This document shows positions 48,993-57,626 of a DNA stretch of 64,000 nucleotides, piece by piece; positions within the stretch are counted from its first letter, which is position 1; every line of letters begins with the position of its first letter. The position numbers and the translations under genes are program-made. The notes beneath the pieces were generated by a model. That model had not been told where the DNA came from and did not search any database. It was given only the letters and a program-made list of their open reading frames with translations. The stretch is from an uncultured Planctomycetaceae bacterium (GTDB lineage: Bacteria; Planctomycetota; Phycisphaerae; SM23-33), in contig CAYNZP010000009.1 of NCBI GenBank assembly GCA_964401835.1, positions 18,020 to 82,019 on the forward strand. The letters are read 5' to 3'.

Positions 48993-50012
48993 TTAAAGGT
49001 CTTCGTCTGGCTTGACTTCCTTGCGAACAACTCGTTTTACGCCGTAAGTCCTTGCGTTTGTGGACTCGAAATATATCCGCATCATAAGTTCGCCAATCAG
49101 GCCGGTCGCAAGGAAAAGAAGTGCCATGACGAACAACATGAATCCCAGCGCCATCAAAGGTGCATGCTTTTCAAACAAATGAAAGTCATTCCATTGCACT
49201 ATCTTACGGATGCCTCCGTATGCAAGTATGCCAAATCCGGCCAGGCCGCTCACCATGCCCCACTTTCCGAAGAAGTGAAGCGGACGAGTGAGATAGTTGC
49301 TGATAAACCGAAGCGTCAGGATATCAAGAGCCACCCTAAACGTTCGTGTTATGCCGTAATTGCTCTTGCCGGATGCCCGGCGAACGTTTTTTATCGGCAC
49401 TTCACAAATCTTCGCGCCGAGGCGGGCACAGATAGCCGGAACGAAGCGGTGCATATCACCATAAAGGCGGACGTCCTCGATAACTTCGCGGCGGTAAGCT
49501 TTAAAGGTCGTGCCGAAATCGTGCAAACTCACGCCCGATACCTTCGCCAGCAGCCAATTGGCAATGCGGGAAGGAATACGTCGCATGATGAAATTGTCGC
49601 CCCGGCGAACTCGCCAGCCGCTGGCAATATCGTAGCCCTCGTCGATTTTCTTGATGAAAAGCGGAATCTCGTACGGATCGTGCTGGAGGTCGCCGTCCAT
49701 AGCGATTATCACCTCACCGCTCGCCTTGTCGAAGCCTGCCTGAAGTGCTGTTGCCTGGCCGAAGTTCCGACGCAGGTCGACAAAGATTACCCTGTCGTCC
49801 TGTTGGGCTATTTCTTCAAGCCGCTGGGCTGTGGCGTCGGTACTGCCGTCGTTGACAAGGACAAACTCATAGCTGCCGCCAACGTGTCGCATAACACGAG
49901 CAATACGTTTGCAGAGTTTCTCTACGATATCCTGCTCGTTATAAAACGGCACGACAACGCTGTATTTAATCTTCTTAGCTTCTGGTTTTGATACTGTGGA
50001 GTAGACGTCCAT
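48993..50012 (-). CDS. GT2 polyprenyl-phosphate glycosyltransferase (ArnC/GtrB/DPM1-like)
   Basis: VVVPFYNE...DGDLQHDP motifs plus C-terminal TM helices. Confidence 0.8.
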   Translation of the reverse strand: MDVYSTVSKPEAKKIKYSVVVPFYNEQDIVEKLCKRIARVMRHVGGSYEFVLVNDGSTDATAQRLEEIAQQDDRVIFVDLRRNFGQATALQAGFDKASGEVIIAMDGDLQHDPYEIPLFIKKIDEGYDIASGWRVRRGDNFIMRRIPSRIANWLLAKVSGVSLHDFGTTFKAYRREVIEDVRLYGDMHRFVPAICARLGAKICEVPIKNVRRASGKSNYGITRTFRVALDILTLRFISNYLTRPLHFFGKWGMVSGLAGFGILAYGGIRKIVQWNDFHLFEKHAPLMALGFMLFVMALLFLATGLIGELMMRIYFESTNARTYGVKRVVRKEVKPDEDL

Positions 50013-50859
50013 AATTTGTCAATTCGATTCCATTTTGCTCGAATGCCTGCTTTACAGTCGGGTCACAAAGTGCGGCCAATTCTGCTTCGCGATTTTCGAT
50101 AAGTCTCGTTACGCTCTCGTCCAGGCCGTAAGATTTGCCAGGATGAGTCATTATTTCTATAATGCCATCAACAGCTCTCAACGTTTCCGCTGCCTTTTTC
50201 AGCCACTTAGCGTCAATAAAGCCCGTATGCGCCACGCCCCAGCTACCGATAGTTCCTCGCAGCTGCGGAGCGATTTTTGCATTAACCCAGCCGAAGCAAT
50301 TCAAAATACAGCTGAGGCGTCGCTGCTTCGCCGGGCAATCAGGCCAATCCGTTCTCGGCCCGGGCAGTCTTTCGCCCTGCTGCCGAACGAAGGGGATATC
50401 ATACCTTTTTGCGAGCCTGGCTACACGCGCGAAAATCGGACTAAATGCATGCGTATGACGGTGGCTGTCGAGGTGTGTCGGCTTTATGTCATTATCCAGA
50501 ATCCAGCGAATCTGTGCGTCGAACTCAGTCTCGAAAACTTTTATCAGCCAGGGCTTGAGCATACACGCCCTGATAACACCAGCCGCCGTGTATCGCATAA
50601 TGCCGTCATCATCGGCAAGCTGCTGTCCAGCCGCAGAAAGCGGCGGCCCCTGTGAAACGTTCAGATGCACGCCAATGCCCAGGTCTGGTACTTCTCCTAT
50701 GCGATTGACGGCCCCCTGGGCTGCGGGCATGTTGGCGGCAAGGGTCGTACTGGTGAGGATTCCATCGAGATGCGCAGAGATTATGCCCTCGGTTATCCCT
50801 TCAGAAAAACCAAAATCGTCAGCATTTATAATAACTCGTTTTTGTTTCTCTGTTTCCAT
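49975..50859 (-). CDS. ChbG/YdjC-family carbohydrate deacetylase
   Basis: INADDFG motif. Confidence 0.7.
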   Translation of the reverse strand: METEKQKRVIINADDFGFSEGITEGIISAHLDGILTSTTLAANMPAAQGAVNRIGEVPDLGIGVHLNVSQGPPLSAAGQQLADDDGIMRYTAAGVIRACMLKPWLIKVFETEFDAQIRWILDNDIKPTHLDSHRHTHAFSPIFARVARLAKRYDIPFVRQQGERLPGPRTDWPDCPAKQRRLSCILNCFGWVNAKIAPQLRGTIGSWGVAHTGFIDAKWLKKAAETLRAVDGIIEIMTHPGKSYGLDESVTRLIENREAELAALCDPTVKQAFEQNGIELTNYGRLLHSIKTRS

Positions 50860-50980
50860 GGCAGCGCGGACAATTATAATGTCTGGAACCTTTGACTTAC
50901 AGTTTGGGTATAAGCACTATCAGTGAATATTTCGAAATATTTCGCAAAAACCAAAATAAACGAATTCGAAAGGAAATAAA

Positions 50981-51367
50981 GTGATCGCCATATTAAGCGA
51001 ACTTTCCGGCAATATCAGCGAATTACTCAGCAAACTGAATCCCGAGGACATACCCGTCGCATGGCTGATCGTCGGCCTGACCGGCCAATTCATATTCGGC
51101 ATGAGATTCGTCGTCCAATGGATAGCCACCGAGCGGGCGAAAAGGTCCGTAATTCCGCTGGCGTTCTGGTACCTCTCTCTTGTCGGTACCATTATCACGC
51201 TTGTCTACGCAATCGCTCGCAAAGACCCGGTCTTTATCGCTAGTTTCAGCCTGAACCTGATAATCTATCTGCGGAACCTTTACTTCATCCATATCCACCC
51301 GAAAAAGATGGCTGCCGAGCAGGCTGTCGTGGTTCCGGCCACAGATGAAAATAATAACGAGGACTAA
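50981..51367 (+). CDS. Lipid-A-biosynthesis N-terminal-domain (LAB_N) small membrane protein
   Basis: GQFIFGMRFVVQW motif. Confidence 0.55.
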   Translation: MIAILSELSGNISELLSKLNPEDIPVAWLIVGLTGQFIFGMRFVVQWIATERAKRSVIPLAFWYLSLVGTIITLVYAIARKDPVFIASFSLNLIIYLRNLYFIHIHPKKMAAEQAVVVPATDENNNED

Positions 51368-52320
51368 TGGCAACTGAAGGCATAACACGCCTGGCCCCCT
51401 CCCCAACCGGGGCACTGCATCTGGGCAACGCACGCACGTTCTTCATTAACCATCTGCTGGCCAGGCACTACGGCTGGCGCATGCTGATGCGAATCGAGGA
51501 CCTGGACGGACCTCGCACCAAGGCTGGAGCGGCTGAGCAGGCACTGGACGAACTAAGCTGGCTGGGCTTGGAATGGGAGCAGCCGATTGCTTATCAGTCT
51601 CACAGGCATCTCATTTATCAACAGTCGCTGGAACAGCTCATAGACACCGGGGCAGCTTACCCCTGCACATGCAGCCGAAAAGACATCCTGCTAGCCGGCG
51701 GAGCCCCGCACATCGAAGACGGCATAACGAGTTACCCCGGCACTTGCCGTGGAAAATACAAATCGCTCGCCCACGCCGAGGAAAAATCTTCCCGGCCGGT
51801 TGCGTGGCGACTGCACGTTCCAGATGAGCCGATTACCGTTGAAGATCAGTTTTTCGGCACACATCAGATCAACCTGGCCAAAACTACCGGCGACTTCGTG
51901 GTTTTCAGAAACGAAGGGCTGGCGTCGTACCAGTTGGCCGTCGTGGTAGATGACTATGCTGCGGGCGTAACAGAAATCGTCCGCGGCGACGACCTGCTCG
52001 AATCGGCAGCAAGGCAGATTTATCTCCGTAGGTTGCTGGGCCTTGATGGACAAGTTAGATATTGGCATCTGCCGCTGGTAGTTGGCGAGGATGGCATACG
52101 CCTTGCCAAACGCCACGGTGATACGAGAATCGCTCATTATCGACAATTGGGAGCGACTCCGCAGCGAGTGCTCGGATTGTTGGGATATTGGTCCGGCCTG
52201 CTTAGAAAGCGCAAGAAAATATCGCTGGAAGACCTCTTGGAAAAATTCGACATCGAAAAACTCTCACACGAGAAGGTTGTTTTCACAAAGAAAGATGATA
52301 AATTCCTCTCTGGCAAATAG
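51367..52320 (+). CDS. gluQ: Glutamyl-Q tRNA(Asp) synthetase
   Basis: Truncated GluRS catalytic domain (RLAPSPTGALHLGNA). Confidence 0.8.
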   Translation: MATEGITRLAPSPTGALHLGNARTFFINHLLARHYGWRMLMRIEDLDGPRTKAGAAEQALDELSWLGLEWEQPIAYQSHRHLIYQQSLEQLIDTGAAYPCTCSRKDILLAGGAPHIEDGITSYPGTCRGKYKSLAHAEEKSSRPVAWRLHVPDEPITVEDQFFGTHQINLAKTTGDFVVFRNEGLASYQLAVVVDDYAAGVTEIVRGDDLLESAARQIYLRRLLGLDGQVRYWHLPLVVGEDGIRLAKRHGDTRIAHYRQLGATPQRVLGLLGYWSGLLRKRKKISLEDLLEKFDIEKLSHEKVVFTKKDDKFLSGK

Positions 52321-52338
52321 GTTTATCGGGAATAAGAA

Positions 52339-53433
52339 ATGCCCTATAAAAAAATAGATTCTACAAAAATCAAAGTCCTGCCGCTCTCGCAGCGGAAAAG
52401 TTATATCAATATTGAAGACGCCGCCTGCAACCCCAGCGAAACACCACCCGACGCCGGCCCGCTTTCCGGGCAGATAGACGCACTTGTTGAACGAATTAAA
52501 AAGGCACGCGAAAAAGGCGCCTCGGTAATGTTGGCCTACGGTGCTCACCTGATAAAAAACGGCGGCGGCCCGTTGCTCAACTCCCTTATCGAAGGCGGCT
52601 TTGTTACGCACGTTGCAACGCAGGGGGGAGGAACTATTCACGACTGGGAATTCGCATTTCAGGGCAAATCCAGCGAATCGGTCAAGGACAACGCCCCCAT
52701 CGGCCAGTTCGGCAGCTGGGATGAAACCGGCAAAAGTATCAACCTGGCTGTTATCGCAGGTGCCGCCGAAGGCTTGGGCTATGGCGAAGCTTTGGGCAGA
52801 TTCATTACCCAAGACGGCGTAGAACTCCCGGACCCGGCCCAGCTGGAAAAGGAAATCGCAGCCCAACCAACTGCCCCACTTGCCGCAGCCAAAGCGGACC
52901 TGCTCCAGACAATGCAAAAATTCGGCCTCGGTGGCGGGAAGCTGACCGTAGAGCATCCTTACAAGAAATATTCTGCCCTTGCCTGTGCATACGAAAAGAA
53001 GGTTCCATTTACGGTCCATCCGGGCATCGGCTATGACATCATCGTCAATCATCCGTATTACAACGGCGGCGCTATCGGCCGGGCCTCACACACTGACGCA
53101 CAAATCTTCGCTGCCAGCGTAGAAAATTTAACCAGCGGCGTTTTTATCTCGGTTGGCTCGGCAATCATGAGCCCGCAGGTATTCGAAAAGGCCTTCAGTG
53201 CAGCTAACAACCTGCGTCAGCAACAAGGCCAGCCGTTTATCAACGACCATTTCATCGCCATCGTGGACATTCAGGAAGGCGGGGACTGGGACTGGACCAA
53301 GGGCGAGCCAACAAAAGACCATCCAGCCTACTATCTAAGATTCTGCAAAAGTTTCTACCGCATGGGCGGGACGGTGGACTATCTCTGCGGCGACAACAGG
53401 CTGGTACTTGCAAATCTGATAGCAAAATTGTGA
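52339..53433 (+). CDS. Deoxyhypusine-synthase-like family protein
   Basis: Resembles DHS motifs (HVATQGGGTIHD ~ VTTAGGVEED; KVPFTVHPGIGYDIIVNH ~ [20 protein letters not shown]). Confidence 0.45.
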   Translation: MPYKKIDSTKIKVLPLSQRKSYINIEDAACNPSETPPDAGPLSGQIDALVERIKKAREKGASVMLAYGAHLIKNGGGPLLNSLIEGGFVTHVATQGGGTIHDWEFAFQGKSSESVKDNAPIGQFGSWDETGKSINLAVIAGAAEGLGYGEALGRFITQDGVELPDPAQLEKEIAAQPTAPLAAAKADLLQTMQKFGLGGGKLTVEHPYKKYSALACAYEKKVPFTVHPGIGYDIIVNHPYYNGGAIGRASHTDAQIFAASVENLTSGVFISVGSAIMSPQVFEKAFSAANNLRQQQGQPFINDHFIAIVDIQEGGDWDWTKGEPTKDHPAYYLRFCKSFYRMGGTVDYLCGDNRLVLANLIAKL

Positions 53434-54095
53434 AAAAAAATATGAGCGATTTAGCTAAAAACCTGAAAGACAAACTTACTGGCAGGTTCCTCGTAATCGA
53501 TGGCCCCGACGGAGCCGGCAAGAGCACGCAGATAAAACAACTCGCCGAGCACCTTCAAAGCTACGGCGTCGAGGTAGTTCAAACCCGCGACCCCGGCGGG
53601 ACGACTATCGGCGACAAGATACGCCATATCCTGCTGGACAATTCACACAACGAAATGACCGTCTCCTGCGAAATGCTACTCTACATGGCCAGCCGCGCAC
53701 AGCTGATGGGTGAGGTCATCGCACCAGCCATTGCGAAAAACCAATGTGTTATTTGCGACCGCTGGGTCAGCTCAACTCTTGCTTATCAGGTCGCCGAAGC
53801 CAAAGCGACTCCGCAGGAAATAATCGACGTATACAACGCCGCCCTGAAAACCCGCTGGCCGGACCTGACGATCATCCTGGACCTACCCCCGGATGAAGGC
53901 CTGAAAAGAATCACCGGCACGCCGGACAGGATGGAAGCCAAGGGTGTCGAATTTCACCAAAAGGTTTACGACCGCTTCATCGCCCAGGCCAAAGAGCAGC
54001 CGGATATTTTCGCACTCGTTGACGCGACCGGAGCTGTCGAAGATGTGCAGAAGCGACTCCGTGAAACACTGGAAAACTGGACCTTTCCTAAATAA
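53430..54095 (+). CDS. tmk: Thymidylate kinase
   Basis: P-loop (IDGPDGAGKST) and DRW motifs. Confidence 0.85.
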   Translation: MKKNMSDLAKNLKDKLTGRFLVIDGPDGAGKSTQIKQLAEHLQSYGVEVVQTRDPGGTTIGDKIRHILLDNSHNEMTVSCEMLLYMASRAQLMGEVIAPAIAKNQCVICDRWVSSTLAYQVAEAKATPQEIIDVYNAALKTRWPDLTIILDLPPDEGLKRITGTPDRMEAKGVEFHQKVYDRFIAQAKEQPDIFALVDATGAVEDVQKRLRETLENWTFPK

Positions 54096-54097
54096 CC

Positions 54098-55252
54098 ATG
54101 CCGGAATTTCTTGAGATAATCGGACAGGAAAAGGCTATCGCCCGCCTGCAGCGATCCATGGCTGGGCAGCGAATGCCTCACTCGTTTTTATTCACGGGAC
54201 CAGCCGGTGTCGGAAGAAGAACTACAGCTATCGCGCTGGGTAAGACGCTGCTTTGTGAAAAACCCCTAAGCCAGGCAAACGCCGGAAAATTCCCCGACCT
54301 TGAGGATAATTTCCAGCTCAAGCAGTCATGCGGTGCGTGCAACAGCTGCAAGATGATCGAAGCCGGCACGCATCCGGATTTCCAACTGGTTTACAAGGAA
54401 CTCGCTCGCTATCACGATGATGCGTCCGTCCGCAGCCGAGTCATGCAGGAACTTGGCATACCTGTTATTCGAAGTTTTCTTATCTCGCCATCCACTCAGT
54501 CTTCTTCGCAAGGCCGGGGCAAGGTTTTTGTGGTACTCGAATCCGAGCTTCTGAGCATACCCGCCCAGAACGCCATGCTGAAAACGCTGGAAGAACCGCC
54601 GGACGGCGTGACGATTATCTTAATCTGCACCCGCAGTGAAGAACTTCTACCAACAACTCGAAGCCGCTGCTCAACGATAAGCTTCGCACTTCTGCTGGCA
54701 GATTTCGTTAAAGGAAAGTTGGTCAAATCCGGCATAGAGGCCGCCGAAGCCGACTTCTGGGCGCACTTTACCGGCGGATCGGTCGGTCGGGCATTGAAGT
54801 TGGCTCAGCAGGGAATGTATGAAATCAAACAGGACGTAATCGACCGAATCGCGTCTCCAGATGCTCAAAGCAGCGAAAACCTCGGCGACCATCTGGCCAA
54901 GCTGGCCGACAAACTCGCAACGGCAGCTGTTGCAGCCGCAAAAAAACTCGATGGAGCCGATCTTTCCAAGGCCCTGGCCAGCCGGCGCAGCACCGGAATA
55001 ATGCTCGAGCTTATCGCAAGTGCCTTCAGTGACGCTGTGACAATAGCCACTCAAACCGATCGGCCGTTGATTAACTCCGACCAAAGCCATGCCGTCAATT
55101 GCCTTGCAAGGCGATTTTCCCCCACTGAGCTGGCCAGAGTTATCGAGCAATTAAGTAGTTACGAAAAGCTGCTCTGGCGAAATGTTAATCCTAAAGTCGT
55201 TTGGGATAACGTAGTTATAACCTGCTGCTCAGCCGCTCCGCTTGAGCTGTAA
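54098..55252 (+). CDS. holB: DNA polymerase III delta-prime subunit
   Basis: AAA+ (FTGPAGVGRRT), zinc module (CGACNSC), SRC motif (TTRSRC). Confidence 0.8.
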   Translation: MPEFLEIIGQEKAIARLQRSMAGQRMPHSFLFTGPAGVGRRTTAIALGKTLLCEKPLSQANAGKFPDLEDNFQLKQSCGACNSCKMIEAGTHPDFQLVYKELARYHDDASVRSRVMQELGIPVIRSFLISPSTQSSSQGRGKVFVVLESELLSIPAQNAMLKTLEEPPDGVTIILICTRSEELLPTTRSRCSTISFALLLADFVKGKLVKSGIEAAEADFWAHFTGGSVGRALKLAQQGMYEIKQDVIDRIASPDAQSSENLGDHLAKLADKLATAAVAAAKKLDGADLSKALASRRSTGIMLELIASAFSDAVTIATQTDRPLINSDQSHAVNCLARRFSPTELARVIEQLSSYEKLLWRNVNPKVVWDNVVITCCSAAPLEL

Positions 55253-55355
55253 CCCTTTTTAAGCCTTTTTATCCGTTGACACTTACGCCGTTCTAGCCCC
55301 TAATATTTGCCTGTATTTAAAGAATGATTCTTTAAAAATTCTTGAAGAGTAATAA

Positions 55356-57509
55356 ATGAAAAGCCTTAAAAGTTTTTTCCGTGCAGCTAAATACCTAAAA
55401 CCCTACCGCAGCCGCCTGGCTGTTGCGATTATCTGCGTAATCTGCATCAGCATTCTATGGGCTGGCGGGTTGGGAATGGCCCTTCCTGCGCTAAAGGTGC
55501 TTATCTCACCGGAAGGCCTGCACGGCTGGGCGTGGAACTCGATGACCGGCGACCGGCTCGGGGCTACCGTCGTCCAGCAGAAGCTGCCAGCTGGAGTTCC
55601 CATAGACGGTGTGGAAATACCGTTTGTCTTATTAATTAACGATGTAGAAAAAGACAAGTTCGCCCACGAGGCCGGCATTGTAGCGAATGAATACATCGTT
55701 GGCATTGACGATGGTGAAATCGCCCATAAGGTCATGCGTGCGGAACTGCTGGCTCGCGAATTGGCGCTATCTGACACAGGCCGAAAAATTTCCCTGCGTG
55801 TTTACAATCCGTTTGAGCAGTCCACACGAAATATCGAATTGAAACTGGGCGATGTGGAGTTCAGCTCCAGGCTGCTCGGCGAAATCGCCAAGAAGATTCC
55901 CGAGCCGGTAGATCGCGCCGGCCGAGTGCCGATGCTTGTAGGTCTTCTTATCGTCATAGCGGTAATCACGATACTTCGCGACTTCTTCCGCTTCTGTCAG
56001 GAATATCTCGTCCAATCAACCGTCTACCGCAGCATAATGGACATTCGCTGTGCGAACTACGGTGCCGCGCTAAAAATGCCGGTAACGTTCTTCAGCCAAA
56101 AAGGAACCTCCGACACGACCAGCCGTTTCGTCCAGGATACGAACGAACTTTCCCGCGGCCTGATTACGCTTTTCGGCAAGACCATGGCCGAGCCGGGCAA
56201 GGCTATCGCTTCGTTGGTACTGGCCTTTTATGCGTCATGGAAGCTGACCCTGATCGTACTGGTTGCCGGGCCCCCCGCCTATATCCTCATCAGCAAGTTC
56301 GGAAAGAGAATGAAGCGGGCCTCGCGACGCGCACTTGAAGGCTGGTCCGGCGTGCTGGCTGTGCTGGAAGAAACGCTGGCCGGCATCCGCGTAGTCAAGG
56401 CATATACAATGGAAGGTTCGGAGCGAAAGCGTTTCTTCCGTGCCAACCGACAGCTATACAAGCAGCAGAAAAAAATCGCCAGTATCGATGCAGCCACCGC
56501 ACCGACGGTCGAGGCTTTGGGCATAATCGGAGCGATGCTCGCAGCAGGGCTGGCTGGTTCGTGGGTGCTAAGAGGCGAGATGGACCAGGAAGTGTTCATG
56601 ACATGGATGGCCCTTCTGGCAGCCATCTTCGACCCGGTCCGCAAACTCGCCAAGGTCGTTACCCGCTTCCAGCGAGCTGACGCGGCTGCAAGCAGGATAT
56701 TCGAGCTGCAGGACAGGGAGAAGGAAAAGGTCGTCCACGGCGCACCGACGCTGTCGACTCACAACCAGAGCATTGAATTCAGTGATGTCACTTATCGATA
56801 CCCCGCTGCGTCGGTCGATGCCCTGAAAAAAATCAATCTGAAAATTCAAGCCAACAAGACCGTCGCCATCGTCGGCCCCAACGGCTGTGGCAAAACGACG
56901 CTCGTCTCGCTGGTTCCGAGATTGCTCGATGCAACCAACGGCAAAATTCTCATTGACGGCAACGACATATCGGAATATTCGCTACGATCCCTGCGGCGAC
57001 AGATTGGCCTGGTAACGCAAGACACTGTCCTGTTCAACGCCACCATCGCAGAAAACATAGCCTACGGCCTTCGCCGCCCCAAGCAGGAAGATGTACTTGC
57101 GGCCGCGAAAAAGGCCTTCGTTGACGATTTCGTCAAAGACATGCCCGAAGGTTACGAAACCATGGTGGGCGAACATGGAGCGACGTTGTCTGGGGGGCAG
57201 AAACAGCGAATTTCCATCGCACGGGCGATTTTGCGCGACCCGGCTATCCTTATATTCGACGAAGCAACCAGCCAGGTCGACAGCGATTCCGAGCAGCGGA
57301 TACATCAGGCAATGGATGAATTCATCAAGGGAAGAACCACCCTGATGATAGCGCACCGCTTCTCGACGATAATGTCAGCTGAAATGATCGTGGTCATGGA
57401 TGACGGGCAAATTGTGGACTGCGGCACCAACGTAGAGTTGCTGGAAAGATGCGACATATACAGGCATCTCTACGACACACAGTTCAAGGGGCAGGAAGCT
57501 TCGGAATAA
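55356..57509 (+). CDS. ABC exporter (fused TMD-NBD, MsbA-like) with ~150-aa periplasmic insertion between TM1 and TM2
   Basis: Walker A (GPNGCGKTT), signature (LSGGQKQR), Walker B (ILIFDEAT). PDZ-like stretch in the periplasmic loop (GIVANEYIVGIDDGEI). Confidence 0.85.
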   Translation: MKSLKSFFRAAKYLKPYRSRLAVAIICVICISILWAGGLGMALPALKVLISPEGLHGWAWNSMTGDRLGATVVQQKLPAGVPIDGVEIPFVLLINDVEKDKFAHEAGIVANEYIVGIDDGEIAHKVMRAELLARELALSDTGRKISLRVYNPFEQSTRNIELKLGDVEFSSRLLGEIAKKIPEPVDRAGRVPMLVGLLIVIAVITILRDFFRFCQEYLVQSTVYRSIMDIRCANYGAALKMPVTFFSQKGTSDTTSRFVQDTNELSRGLITLFGKTMAEPGKAIASLVLAFYASWKLTLIVLVAGPPAYILISKFGKRMKRASRRALEGWSGVLAVLEETLAGIRVVKAYTMEGSERKRFFRANRQLYKQQKKIASIDAATAPTVEALGIIGAMLAAGLAGSWVLRGEMDQEVFMTWMALLAAIFDPVRKLAKVVTRFQRADAAASRIFELQDREKEKVVHGAPTLSTHNQSIEFSDVTYRYPAASVDALKKINLKIQANKTVAIVGPNGCGKTTLVSLVPRLLDATNGKILIDGNDISEYSLRSLRRQIGLVTQDTVLFNATIAENIAYGLRRPKQEDVLAAAKKAFVDDFVKDMPEGYETMVGEHGATLSGGQKQRISIARAILRDPAILIFDEATSQVDSDSEQRIHQAMDEFIKGRTTLMIAHRFSTIMSAEMIVVMDDGQIVDCGTNVELLERCDIYRHLYDTQFKGQEASE

Positions 57510-57626
57510 ATCGGGTTTGAGTAAATTTATTAATGCATTGTAGATTCCCGCAGATAAACCTGTGGCCATTAGGTTGCTACAAAAAAAAGATGTTACATGT
57601 AAGATTTTGAAAAATGCCACGAGACC

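Noticed and set aside
48753-49991. 412-aa ORF on the + strand
   Set aside because: Antisense to the GT2 glycosyltransferase gene. No recognisable motifs.
52264-53052. 262-aa ORF on the - strand
   Set aside because: Antisense to the DHS-like gene. No motifs.
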